Below, one piece after another: positions 35,108 through 44,418 of a DNA stretch of 64,000 nucleotides. A program made the translations under genes and the position numbers. The notes beneath the pieces were generated by a model. The model worked only from the letters and a program-made list of their open reading frames with translations. It was not told where the DNA came from and did not search any database. Position 1 is the first letter of the stretch. Every line of letters begins with the position of its first letter. This DNA is from Clostridia bacterium (GTDB taxonomy: Bacteria > Bacillota > Clostridia > UBA1212), in the NCBI GenBank assembly GCA_017461545.1, contig JAFTXP010000022.1, positions 497 through 64,496 on the forward strand. Reading direction: 5' to 3'.

Positions 35108-35836
35108 TTAATCATCCAAGAATATATTACAAGCAATATCCTTTATAACTTCACCTGCGAGAATCAAACCTGCGACTGACGGTACAAAGGAAATGCTTCC
35201 GGGATAGCCGAGGTCGTTTTTTATCGGCTCTTCTTTGGAGTAAACAACTTTTACCGGGGGCAGGTTTCTTTTTCTGAGCTCTGTGCGGATAACTCTTGCT
35301 AAGGGGCACACAGAAGTCTTGTCTATTCTCGCGACTTCAAATTGTGTGGGATCGAGTTTGTTGCCGGCGCCCATGCAGCATATTATCTTAGTGCCCGAGC
35401 TGTGAGCTTTTTCTATAAGAAGTAATTTTGATGAAACACAGTCGATGGCGTCCACGATATAGTCATATTTTGAAAAATCAAACTGCGAGGCCGTTTCGGC
35501 GGAGTAGAACACGGGGAATTCTTCCGTAACGATGTCAGGGTTTATGTTGTGAATACGCTCAGCCATGATTTCTGTTTTATTTCGTCCTACAGTGTCTGAA
35601 AGAGCAATTATCTGCCTGTTTATATTTGAGCGGCTTACCGTATCGTTGTCTACAAGAGCAATGTGTCCGACGCCGGCTCTTGCAAGTGCTTCGGCGCAGT
35701 AACCGCCGACTCCGCCGATGCCGAATACTATTACGCGTGAATCGGCGAGTTTTTTTACACCGTCCGCACCGAGCAGAGCCTCGGTGCGGCTGTATATGGA
35801 TTCATTTTCTTTAAATTCTTTATCAATAGGTTTCAT
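35108..35836 (-). CDS. tcdA: tRNA threonylcarbamoyladenosine dehydratase (ThiF family)
   Basis: VIVFGIGGVGGYCAEALARAGVGHIALVDNDTVSRSNINRQ. Confidence 0.8.
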   Translation of the reverse strand: MKPIDKEFKENESIYSRTEALLGADGVKKLADSRVIVFGIGGVGGYCAEALARAGVGHIALVDNDTVSRSNINRQIIALSDTVGRNKTEIMAERIHNINPDIVTEEFPVFYSAETASQFDFSKYDYIVDAIDCVSSKLLLIEKAHSSGTKIICCMGAGNKLDPTQFEVARIDKTSVCPLARVIRTELRKRNLPPVKVVYSKEEPIKNDLGYPGSISFVPSVAGLILAGEVIKDIACNIFLDD

Positions 35837-35864
35837 AATTTTACCGCCGTTTTTTAAAAAATAC

Positions 35865-35902
35865 AGCCGCGGCGCCTTAAGTCGGTCAAGGGCGCCGCGG
35901 CT
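35865..35902 (-). terminator. ychF terminator
   Basis: agccgcggcgcc / ggcgccgcggct form a 12-bp GC stem, with a T-run on the minus strand. Confidence 0.65.
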
Positions 35903-35921
35903 TCCGATTTACATTGAAATA

Positions 35922-37016
35922 TTAAACATTAAATCTGAATAATGTAACATCGCCGTCGTGCATTACATATTCTTTGCCTTCGGAGCGAACCAATCCTTTT
36001 TCCTTAGCGGCGTTGTATGAGCCGCATGCGATAAGGTCGTCGTATGCTACTATTTCCGCACGTATAAAGCCTTTTTCAAAATCTGAGTGAATTTTGCCTG
36101 CTGCGCCGGGAGCTTTTGTTCCTTTTGTGATAGTCCATGCGCGTACTTCTTTGGGGCCTGCGGTGAGGTAACTGATTAGACCGAGGAGTGCGTAGCTTGC
36201 TTTTACGAGTTTATCGAGGCCGGAGCTTTCAACACCGAGCTCTGCGAGGAATTCTTTTCGTTCTTCTTCGTCAAGCATAGAAGTATCTTCTTCAAGTTTG
36301 CTGCATACCACAATGATCTGTGCGCCCTCTGCTTCAGCAACTTTTGAAAGCTGCTGAACGTATTCGCATGAATCAGGATCTGCGAGGTCGTTCTCGGAAA
36401 TGTTTGCTGCGTAAATGACAGGCTTCGATGTGAGAAGAAAGAGGGAATTTATGTATTCTTTTTCTTCGTCGGACACATCCATGGTGCGGGCGGGTTTGCC
36501 GTTTTCAAGATGCTCCTTTATTTTACCTAGGAATGCGACCTCTGCGATAATCTTTTTGTCGCCGCCCTTTGCCATTTTGCTTGTGCGGTCAATTCTTCTT
36601 TCGATGAGTTCGATATCGGAGAATATGAGCTCAAAGTTTATGGTTTCGGCGTCCCTTGCAGGGTCAACGCCGCCGCTTACGTGAATTATGTTTTCGTCAT
36701 CAAAACATCTGACCACGTGTATGATAGCGTCTGATTCGCGGATGTTTGCAAGGAATTTGTTTCCGAGACCTTCGCCTTTGCTTGCTCCTTTTACAAGTCC
36801 TGCGATGTCAAGGAACTCTATTGTAGCCGGAGTGACTTTCTCCGGATTATACATTTCGGAAAGAACGTCAAGTCTTGCGTCAGGTACTGTTACGATACCG
36901 ATATTCGGCTCGATGGTGCAGAACGGGTAGTTTGCGCTCTCCGCACCCGCCTTTGTAAGAGCGTTAAAAAGTGTACTTTTTCCGACGTTCGGAAGTCCGA
37001 CAATTCCTAGTTTCAT
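35922..37016 (-). CDS. ychF: redox-regulated ATPase YchF
   Basis: MKLGIVGLPNVGKSTLFNALT N-terminus and a C-terminal TGS-like region. Confidence 0.95.
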   Translation of the reverse strand: MKLGIVGLPNVGKSTLFNALTKAGAESANYPFCTIEPNIGIVTVPDARLDVLSEMYNPEKVTPATIEFLDIAGLVKGASKGEGLGNKFLANIRESDAIIHVVRCFDDENIIHVSGGVDPARDAETINFELIFSDIELIERRIDRTSKMAKGGDKKIIAEVAFLGKIKEHLENGKPARTMDVSDEEKEYINSLFLLTSKPVIYAANISENDLADPDSCEYVQQLSKVAEAEGAQIIVVCSKLEEDTSMLDEEERKEFLAELGVESSGLDKLVKASYALLGLISYLTAGPKEVRAWTITKGTKAPGAAGKIHSDFEKGFIRAEIVAYDDLIACGSYNAAKEKGLVRSEGKEYVMHDGDVTLFRFNV

Positions 37017-37121
37017 TTATTGTGTACTGCGCCGGCAAATATCGTGCAATGTTGAATTCAGCCGTGCAGTTCCTCCTCTCAGTTAATTATTTGTTTGTCA
37101 GCAAATAAAACATTTTTGTTT

Positions 37122-37260
37122 TTAAGATTTTTTTAAGTAATTGCTTCTATACTGCAAACCATAAAACAGTATAAGCTATTTTGCTGAAATTGTTAAGTAA
37201 GATTTTTTAGAAGAGTTTTATTCGGGTTATCTTAAAAAATATAGTTAAGATTAAGTAAGA
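37122..37260 (+). promoter_or_regulatory. three TTAAGTAA direct repeats upstream of the response regulator gene
   Basis: TTAAGTAA occurs at 37133-40, 37193-200 and 37251-58 (spacing 60 and 58 nt). Two copies are preceded by TTAAGA. Confidence 0.3.
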
Positions 37261-37270
37261 GGTGACATAA

Positions 37271-38002
37271 TTGGAAAAACAAATAATAATGTTTGTAAGT
37301 AAAAAAAATGATGATGACCGTGCAGTTGTTGATAAACTTGCGGAAATGGGTTATGAGATTATTACAGCGGATTTTAATGCTGATCCTTCGGATGTTTGTT
37401 CGGAATGCCGCAAAAAAAACGTTGACGTGATGGTTATTGATGATGCTGCAGGTGGGTTAAAAGGGTATGACTTTTTAAAAGTTGCATCACAAAAATGTGA
37501 GTGCGGAATAATTTACGCAAGTGTGAACACAGACGTGATGAAAGAAATTTTGGCTCTCGAAATCGGTGCTGATGATTTTATAAAATCTCCTATTCATCCG
37601 GGACTGCTTGCTGTACGTATAAGAAACCTTTTAAAGAGAAAAGATTATAAGGAGATTAAGAAAGAAGAGGAAATCAGATATCCCGGGCTTATTGTAAATC
37701 TGTCACAGTACAGAGTTGAGGTTGACGGCGAACGTATAAAAATGCCTCCGAAAGAGCTTGAGTTATTATATTTACTTGCGTCAAATCCAAATATTGTATA
37801 TACTCGAGAAAAGTTGCTTGACATAATTTGGGGTTATGATTTTGATATCGGTTCCAGAACTGTCGACGTACATGTAAAAAGACTACGGGATAAAATCGAG
37901 AAAGACTCAAATATCTGGCAAATCGGCACTGTATGGAGTGTAGGATACAGATTTGAATTTAAAGACGAATGTCCTGATACAGGGACATCTGAAATTTTAT
38001 AA
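37271..38002 (+). CDS. OmpR-family response regulator, atypical receiver, no adjacent kinase
   Basis: C-terminal winged helix (ELELLYLLASNPN...TVDVHVKRLRDKIE...VWSVGYRF). The receiver has VMVIDD and K-S-P, but the usual N-terminal acidic pair reads SKKNDDD. TTG start. Confidence 0.75.
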   Translation: MEKQIIMFVSKKNDDDRAVVDKLAEMGYEIITADFNADPSDVCSECRKKNVDVMVIDDAAGGLKGYDFLKVASQKCECGIIYASVNTDVMKEILALEIGADDFIKSPIHPGLLAVRIRNLLKRKDYKEIKKEEEIRYPGLIVNLSQYRVEVDGERIKMPPKELELLYLLASNPNIVYTREKLLDIIWGYDFDIGSRTVDVHVKRLRDKIEKDSNIWQIGTVWSVGYRFEFKDECPDTGTSEIL

Positions 38003-38043
38003 AATTAAAAAGAAAAGTTAATCATACGAAAAGAGGTATTTAT

Positions 38044-39516
38044 ATGAGTGACGATACAAATTTTAATCCTGAGGAAAACAAAGCGGAAAACAAAAGAGAG
38101 TTTTTCTTTGATAACAATTATCAGTCATTTTTTTCCACATCGGAAAGTGTACAGGAAAAAAATTTTGTAACAGAAAATAAAGAAAACTGTAAGGACGCGA
38201 CCGGAAATATTCAGACTGCTTCCCCTGTTTACAATGATGCAGCCGGCCGCAGCGCAGCTTATGGGCAGGCAGTTTCTTCCCCTGTTAAGAATGTCAAGCA
38301 GAAAAAAGAAAAAAAACCGGTGACTTTCGGCGCGTGTGTTGCGATTTCTTCTATATGTACTGTCATAGGATGTCTGATACTTGCGGCGGTATTGTTTATT
38401 GCAACCGGATTGCCGTCGAAGCTGAAAGATTCTCTCAGTTCTAAAAGCGACACATCATCTTTAAACAGCGGTGTTGTTCAAAGCGGAAGTGATACTGTTG
38501 TTTCGGGTACGGTAGTGGAATCAGGAAGTAATGTCACGATAAATGTTGAAACGGACAGCGTAGCAACTGCAGTATACGCAAAAGCTAACCAATCTGTAGT
38601 AGGTATAAGAGTTGTATCTTCGTCATCATATGCTCCGTGGGCATCCGAAACATACACAATAGTGGGCGAGGGTTCCGGAATTGTATATTCATCAGACGGA
38701 ATTATTGTAACAAACTACCATGTTATAGGTGATGCACTCACCACAAAAGGTGAGTTGGATTCAAGCTACGAAATAAGGGTGTATTTAGATACTTCCCTGA
38801 AAACATACTCTTTGGCAGAGCTAAAAGGTTATGACGTGACTACGGATCTTGCGGTTTTAAAAATTGATATAACAGGGCTTACTCCGCTTGAACTTGCAGA
38901 GGTTGATGAGATAGAGATAGGTGAAACTGCAATTGCAATCGGCAGTCCCGGCGGCCTTGAGTTTATGAATTCTGTGAGCAGCGGTATTGTAAGCGGTCTT
39001 AACAGAAATTTACAGACAGAAGATGGTATTTCATATAATCTGATACAGACAACGGCTGCGATAAACCCCGGAAACAGCGGCGGAGCTCTTCTCAATGCAG
39101 AAGGAGAACTGATCGGTATTTGTGTAATGAAACTTGTTTCTACAGGTTATGAAAGTATGGGATTTGCAATAAGCGCAGATACCGTAAAGGATATAGCTTC
39201 ACAGATTCTGCAGAGCGGAAAAGTTACAAGAGCATATCTCGGAGTAACTATCAGCAATAACTACACAGAGACAGAAGCTAAGCAGTACAATATGCCTGCA
39301 GGTGCTTGGGTACATTCTGTTAACAGCGATTCTGCCGCTGATAAAGCCGGTATAAAATCGGGAGATATCATTGTCGAAATTGAAGGAACATATATTTCAA
39401 ATTTTTACGATTTGAGAAATAAACTTTTGGAATATGACCCGGGAGAATCAATTTCCGTAAAAATATACAGAGATGGTAGTTATTCGACATTGACAGTTGT
39501 TCTTGATGCGCAATAA
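38044..39516 (+). CDS. htrA: HtrA/DegP-family serine protease with PDZ domain
   Basis: TNYHV, DLAVLKI and GNSGGALLN catalytic triad contexts, an N-terminal TM, and a C-terminal PDZ (GIKSGDIIVEIEG). Confidence 0.85.
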   Translation: MSDDTNFNPEENKAENKREFFFDNNYQSFFSTSESVQEKNFVTENKENCKDATGNIQTASPVYNDAAGRSAAYGQAVSSPVKNVKQKKEKKPVTFGACVAISSICTVIGCLILAAVLFIATGLPSKLKDSLSSKSDTSSLNSGVVQSGSDTVVSGTVVESGSNVTINVETDSVATAVYAKANQSVVGIRVVSSSSYAPWASETYTIVGEGSGIVYSSDGIIVTNYHVIGDALTTKGELDSSYEIRVYLDTSLKTYSLAELKGYDVTTDLAVLKIDITGLTPLELAEVDEIEIGETAIAIGSPGGLEFMNSVSSGIVSGLNRNLQTEDGISYNLIQTTAAINPGNSGGALLNAEGELIGICVMKLVSTGYESMGFAISADTVKDIASQILQSGKVTRAYLGVTISNNYTETEAKQYNMPAGAWVHSVNSDSAADKAGIKSGDIIVEIEGTYISNFYDLRNKLLEYDPGESISVKIYRDGSYSTLTVVLDAQ

Positions 39517-39541
39517 TATATGGTATATGGAGAAGTGAAAT

Positions 39542-39571
39542 GCAGAGGTTCGCTTTAAAGCGAACCTCTGC
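39542..39571 (+). terminator. hairpin after htrA
   Basis: gcagaggttcgc / gcgaacctctgc. No clear T-run follows. Confidence 0.45.
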
Positions 39572-39591
39572 TGTAAAAAGCGGGAGTTTTT

Positions 39592-40251
39592 ATGGATAAA
39601 AAACTTAAAAGAGAAGCCGCGGCAAAATTGCCGCGGCTTCTTGAAGAATTTGATAAACTGTATCCTGATGCGGAATGTTCGCTTACGTATGAAAATCCGT
39701 TGCAGTTGTTGATAAGCACGAGACTTTCGGCGCAGTGTACCGATGCCAGGGTTAATATGGTGACGCCGGCGTTGTTTAAGAGGTATCCTGATTGCAAGGC
39801 CTTTGCAGAGGCTGATGTAGAAGAACTCGAAGAATACATACGTTCCACCGGATTTTTCAGAAGCAAAGCGCGAAACATAATCGATTGCTGTAAAGCGCTT
39901 TTAGAACGCCATAACGGCCAGGTTCCGGATACGATGGAAGAATTGGTTGCGCTTGCAGGCGTTGGCCGCAAAACAGCCAATTTAGTGCTTGGAGATGCAT
40001 TCGGAAAGCCGTCGTATGTAGTTGATACTCATTGCATCAGGTTGTGCAACAGGATAGGGCTGACGGACAATTCCGATCCGGTAAAAATTGAAAATGATTT
40101 GAGAGAGATAATTCCTCCTGAGCGGAGCGGAAAATTTTGTCACCAGATTGTGTTACACGGAAGAGCTTATTGCACTGCAAGAAAACCTAAATGTCCTGAA
40201 TGCAGTATTCGACCAGTTTGCCGGATGGCAAAGAATCTCCGGATAGAGTGA
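39592..40251 (+). CDS. nth: endonuclease III
   Basis: HhH-GPD region (LAGVGRKTANLVL) and 4Fe-4S cluster CTARKPKCPECSIRPVC. Confidence 0.9.
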   Translation: MDKKLKREAAAKLPRLLEEFDKLYPDAECSLTYENPLQLLISTRLSAQCTDARVNMVTPALFKRYPDCKAFAEADVEELEEYIRSTGFFRSKARNIIDCCKALLERHNGQVPDTMEELVALAGVGRKTANLVLGDAFGKPSYVVDTHCIRLCNRIGLTDNSDPVKIENDLREIIPPERSGKFCHQIVLHGRAYCTARKPKCPECSIRPVCRMAKNLRIE

Positions 40252-40792
40252 CAGATTTTTTTATTTTATCAAATACTTCATCTAATATTGCTATTTGCTC
40301 GGTGTTGTCGGGAGCGGACAGACTTATGACATACATATTATTATCTCTTTGCCATATTGTTTGTCTGACGAAAGTGTTTCCGTTATCTCCTTTGATAGCA
40401 AAACTGATATCGAAGCCGGTGCTGCCGTTTTGCAGCACCGGCTTTTTCTCGTAGTTATACACTGATGCTGAAAGATTTTCTTCGGCTTGTTTAATGTAAT
40501 CCGTAATAGGTGACTTTAGATTCCATACCTGAATATATCCGTTAATAGATGAATAATCATCGCTGCCTTGCAGTATATAATGTTGTGTTATTTCTTTGCT
40601 TATAACATAATCTGCTTTCTCATAACTTATATTGGGCGGTATATTTACAGTGAAAGTATTGTTTAAATTTAACGAATGTGTGGATGATAAAGATGCAAAA
40701 GCAATTAAGCAACATGCAATCGATATTATTGATACCGTTATAAAAAGTACAGTAAAAATCCGTTTTATGCGCTTGATTTTTTTTAATGACAT
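40187..40792 (-). CDS. membrane-anchored hypothetical protein
   Basis: 201-aa ORF with an N-terminal TM. Its 3-prime end overlaps nth convergently by 65 nt. Confidence 0.5.
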   Translation of the reverse strand: MSLKKIKRIKRIFTVLFITVSIISIACCLIAFASLSSTHSLNLNNTFTVNIPPNISYEKADYVISKEITQHYILQGSDDYSSINGYIQVWNLKSPITDYIKQAEENLSASVYNYEKKPVLQNGSTGFDISFAIKGDNGNTFVRQTIWQRDNNMYVISLSAPDNTEQIAILDEVFDKIKKSVTLSGDSLPSGKLVEYCIQDI

Positions 40793-41045
40793 TGTATTCC
40801 CTGATCTTTGGTGTTTCTGAAATAAAGATATGTTTAATCTCCTTTCTTAATGCCTAAAACTAACTTTAAGAATCCACTGAACGGTTTGCACGGTTTGATA
40901 ACTAAAATTTTCATACTGATTTAACTCCTGTTAAATATTATGCAATATCAGTATATTAATTCAGTTCGGATACGGTTACATAAGACATGAATATTTCGTG
41001 AAAATCGGACAAATTTACGAAACAAAAAAAAATTAATTTTTGGTA

Positions 41046-41075
41046 TTGATTTTTTTATGACAACTATGCTAAAAT
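41046..41075 (+). promoter_or_regulatory. rpmB promoter
   Basis: TTGATT (41046-51), 18 nt, TAAAAT (41070-75), preceded by TG. Confidence 0.45.
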
Positions 41076-41117
41076 ACATACCGCTGTTTAGTAGATAAGA
41101 TTAGGGAGGTGTGTTAG

Positions 41118-41336
41118 ATGGCAAAGTGTGAAATATGTGAAAAGAACATGTTGTTTGGTCGTCACATCAGCATAACACGTTCACAGGTGAGTAGACGTGC
41201 AAAGAGAAACTGGAAGGTTAATGTTAGACATGTAAAGATTGATGACAATGGCACTCCCAGATATGCTTATGTGTGTGCTTCTTGCCTCAGATCCGGTAAG
41301 GTGACAAGAGCTGTGAAGCAGGCTGCAGCAGAGTAA
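41118..41336 (+). CDS. rpmB: 50S ribosomal protein L28
   Basis: MAKCEICEKNMLFGRHISITRSQVSRRAKRNWKVNV. Confidence 0.95.
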   Translation: MAKCEICEKNMLFGRHISITRSQVSRRAKRNWKVNVRHVKIDDNGTPRYAYVCASCLRSGKVTRAVKQAAAE

Positions 41337-41377
41337 TATCACAACAAATTACAGAAACGATTTTTTTTGATAAATCG

Positions 41378-41405
41378 GGACATGTGAGCAAGCGCTTGCG
41401 TGTCC
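41378..41405 (+). terminator. rpmB terminator
   Basis: ggaca...gcaagcgcttgc...tgtcc is a composite hairpin followed by tttt. Confidence 0.55.
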
Positions 41406-41457
41406 TTTTCTGGTTTTATGTTATGTATTTATTTTCGGAATGAGTATTTGAAGAAGG

Positions 41458-41952
41458 TTGATGCAGTTGAAAAAAATAGTATTAAATCCTATCGGTATGT
41501 TTGCAATAGGCCTGTTTTTGGGTATTATCAGCCGTCTATTGGATATTTACACTTCAAATTTGGGCAATATGTTTTCTCAAATGGCAATATGGATATTATT
41601 CGGTGTCTTAATTTCCGTGTACAGTAGTTCGAAACGCGAAGCAATGTTTAATATATTGCCTTTTTGCTTAGGTATGCTTATAACATACTACTTCGTCGCA
41701 TTTGTTACAAAAGGTGTTTACAGCACTGTCTTCATCGCTGGATGGACCGTATTTGCGTTATGTTCACCTGTGCTTGCATACTTTACTTGGATGACCAAAG
41801 AGAAAGGCATGCTTCCTAAAATTATAGGACTTGGGATAGTATCGGTATCCGTATTGTCATCGATTGTATTATTCGATAAGTTAAGAGTTTATGATATTAT
41901 TATAGATGCTGTGATGATATACTTTTTGTTTATAAAGAAAATAGAAAGATAA
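41458..41952 (+). CDS. multi-TM hypothetical membrane protein
   Basis: 164-aa ORF with 4-5 hydrophobic segments. The start is ambiguous (TTG 41458 or ATG 41461). Confidence 0.5.
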   Translation: MMQLKKIVLNPIGMFAIGLFLGIISRLLDIYTSNLGNMFSQMAIWILFGVLISVYSSSKREAMFNILPFCLGMLITYYFVAFVTKGVYSTVFIAGWTVFALCSPVLAYFTWMTKEKGMLPKIIGLGIVSVSVLSSIVLFDKLRVYDIIIDAVMIYFLFIKKIER

Positions 41953-41990
41953 ATGAAATTATATTGAATGCAACAGAAAGGTTTCGGATA

Positions 41991-42884
41991 ATGAAAAACG
42001 CATCTGCATTATATGTTTTACTCGCAGGAATTCTATGGGGCACGATGGGCGTGTTTTCGACTTATCTCAACTCGCTCGGAATGGGTTCCTTTGAAGTGGC
42101 ACAGGTTCGTATCACGCTCGGTCTTGTAATAGTCGCGGTATATCTTGTGATTTTCAATAGAAAAATGTTTAAAGTAAAAATTAAAGATTTATGGTGCTTT
42201 TTCGGCACGGGTGTAATCAGCCTATTGTTTTTCAGCTGTTGCTATTTTGCATCAATAGAGATGACAAGCCTTTCGGTTGCCGCAGTTCTTTTGTATACTG
42301 CCCCGACTTTTGTTATGGTAATGAGCTTGTTCCTATTCCGTGAAAAACTAACGGGGAATAAAATTCTTGCGCTTCTGATGTCATTCGTCGGATGTATATT
42401 GGTTTCCGGTGTGCTTACGGGCGGAAAGGTCAGCACCGTCGGAATACTTCTCGGTCTAGGCTCGGGATTTTTCTACGCTTTGTATTCCATATTCGGCCGT
42501 TATGCGATAAACCGTGGGTACGAGTCATGGACGATTGTCTTGTATACATTTTTGTTCTGCTCGGCAGGCTGTGCATTTTTTGCCGATTGGAGCGTTATCT
42601 GTGATGCGGCGGTATCTTCTCCGAATATATGGTTGATTCTTTTAGGACTGGGTTTTGTCACGGCGTTTCTTCCGTACGTATTTTACTCAAAAGGACTCGA
42701 GAAATTAGAATCATCAAAGGCGTCAATCATTGCTTCCGTAGAGCCGGTTGTCGGCACCATAATGGGAATGATATTTTTTGACCAATTTCCCGACGTATGG
42801 GGCTATATCGGAATTGCTCTTGTTATCGGAGCGATTGTTATGTTGAATGTGAAATTCAGGGCTAAAGAGAAATCCATAAAATAA
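41991..42884 (+). CDS. EamA/DMT family transporter
   Basis: Ten-TM pattern with two EamA-like halves. Start taken at MKNASALYVLLAGILWG. Confidence 0.8.
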   Translation: MKNASALYVLLAGILWGTMGVFSTYLNSLGMGSFEVAQVRITLGLVIVAVYLVIFNRKMFKVKIKDLWCFFGTGVISLLFFSCCYFASIEMTSLSVAAVLLYTAPTFVMVMSLFLFREKLTGNKILALLMSFVGCILVSGVLTGGKVSTVGILLGLGSGFFYALYSIFGRYAINRGYESWTIVLYTFLFCSAGCAFFADWSVICDAAVSSPNIWLILLGLGFVTAFLPYVFYSKGLEKLESSKASIIASVEPVVGTIMGMIFFDQFPDVWGYIGIALVIGAIVMLNVKFRAKEKSIK

Positions 42885-42941
42885 ATAAGTGATTTTATAC
42901 AATAAAGAACGCCGCCCATAGTGCGGTGTCCGTAAAACAGT

Positions 42942-42977
42942 TAATCCTCCGTATGGTTACGATCATACGGAGGATTA
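42942..42977 (+). terminator. rho-independent terminator
   Basis: taatcctccgtatg / catacggaggatta form a 14-bp stem, followed by ttttatgcttttt. Confidence 0.7.
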
Positions 42978-43000
42978 TTTTATGCTTTTTCTTCAAACTT

Positions 43001-43226
43001 GATAGCGGCGAACGGTTTGTCAAAACCGTTTGCGGACGGCAAGTCCACAGAGGATAGCCGCTTTAGCGGCGTAAGGGGGTGTAGCCACCTTGACGGAACG
43101 AAGTGACGCAACATTCTGGGTCAAGCAGTTTTCTTCTGCTGGCAGAGAAGGAAGCTCCGCAGATGCACGATACTCCCGATAGGAGAGTATAGAAGTGCGC
43201 CCTTTAGCGCCTAAAAGGATTTTTCA
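43001..43226. ncRNA. candidate structured noncoding RNA (family and strand unresolved)
   Basis: No ORF of 60 aa or more on either strand. Hand count gives 118 G+C in 220 nt (54%), versus 27/100 in intergenic 40861-40960. Several stems are present: 43008-33, 43057-70, 43078-89, 43089-94/43120-25 and 43170-90, plus alternative hairpins at 43197-210 and 43201-18. Confidence 0.3.
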
Positions 43227-43255
43227 ACAGCTCGACAAATTGGAATATTCCCGGC

Positions 43256-43642
43256 TCATTGTTCAGCGTTGAAATGGCAAAGTTCGTTCCATTGACAGTT
43301 TCCGCACATCTCTTCCCGCTTGTTGGGAATAAGAATATTCTCATAAACAGCCTTTTTGAAATCTGCATAGGGCATAACCGTACCCTCAGACAAACCGCAA
43401 TACTTCAAAACCTGTCTGTCATACTCAATAACTTTCCTTTCCGTTTCACATAATCCCTGTTTGTTTTTAGGGCATTTGGAGCAGATAATATCCGTCTGTG
43501 TTGAAATACAGATTGTCGGATTGCTTTCAAGTTTATGTATTATCTCGCCCATGTGGGCTGTAAACTCACTACTATATCCCTTGCCTTGAAAAAACGCCAT
43601 ACACATACCATGATGTGTCCGGATTTTGTACTGATATTTCAT
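43256..43642 (-). CDS. DUF1284 domain protein
   Basis: IRTHHGMCMAFFQGKGYS N-terminus, Cys-rich (CSKCPKN...CGNCQW). Confidence 0.7.
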   Translation of the reverse strand: MKYQYKIRTHHGMCMAFFQGKGYSSEFTAHMGEIIHKLESNPTICISTQTDIICSKCPKNKQGLCETERKVIEYDRQVLKYCGLSEGTVMPYADFKKAVYENILIPNKREEMCGNCQWNELCHFNAEQ

Positions 43643-43655
43643 TTTAACGCTCTCC

Positions 43656-44201
43656 TTACATTGTTTTTGTGATTTTATTCAGTCTTTGCGTAAACCACAA
43701 TACCAACACCAATTTTGCTAAATCTGGTATGATGAACGGAAACACGCACCAACAGAGGACAACCCATAGCCCAACTGCACCCGCTGTCTGTGCATATACA
43801 ACCATAAACCACGCTGTACCGATTGCATAGCAGACCAACAAGCCAACCAACATAGATATGAATTGTGCCCATATTTTTCTGCCGATAAGAGTTTCAAAAA
43901 AACACATTACAAGCCCGGAGAATATCCAACCAATCATATAGCCGCCTGTCGTTCCCATAATTATACCAATACCCGCCGTACCATTTGCATAGACAGGTAT
44001 ACCAATAATGCCCATTAGCAAATATATCACGACGCATATAGTCCCCTTTTTTCCGCCCCAAAAGTTCAGCGCAAAGAAAACACCAAAGGTCTGCATGGTA
44101 AAGGGGATTGCCGTTGGAATGGAAATCCAAGAGCAAACCGCAATTAGAACGGCAAACAATGCTATAAATACCGCATCTCTTGTTTTACTTGTGTTATTCA
44201 T
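43656..44201 (-). CDS. bioY: biotin transporter BioY
   Basis: ISIPTAIPFTMQTFGVFFALNFWGGKKG and a 6-TM profile. Confidence 0.85.
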   Translation of the reverse strand: MNNTSKTRDAVFIALFAVLIAVCSWISIPTAIPFTMQTFGVFFALNFWGGKKGTICVVIYLLMGIIGIPVYANGTAGIGIIMGTTGGYMIGWIFSGLVMCFFETLIGRKIWAQFISMLVGLLVCYAIGTAWFMVVYAQTAGAVGLWVVLCWCVFPFIIPDLAKLVLVLWFTQRLNKITKTM

Positions 44202-44418
44202 ATCTTTTCTCCGTCAAATTTGAATTTTTCTCGCTCGTTCGCTGGATAAAGTATATAAGAAAAATGTACAAAATTCTACCATCAGCACATAGAAACGCCC
44301 GAAGAAGATGGATCTTCTCCGAGCGTATTATATACTGTTTTACAAACACCGCACCATAGCTGCAAGGTTGCGGCGGCATATTAATGTCTCGATTGCGAAA
44401 TCGCAACAGAGACTTCCG

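Noticed and set aside
43001-43226. Possibility that the GC-rich island is SRP RNA, RNase P RNA, tmRNA or 6S RNA
   Set aside because: GAAGGAAGC and AAGTCCACAGAGG superficially recall the SRP helix 8 and RNase P P4 strings. However, the SRP GGUCCGGAAGGAAGCAGC core, the RNase P GAGGAAAGUCC context and length, the tmRNA tRNA-like ends, and 6S end-to-end pairing are all absent. It is kept only as an unclassified candidate.
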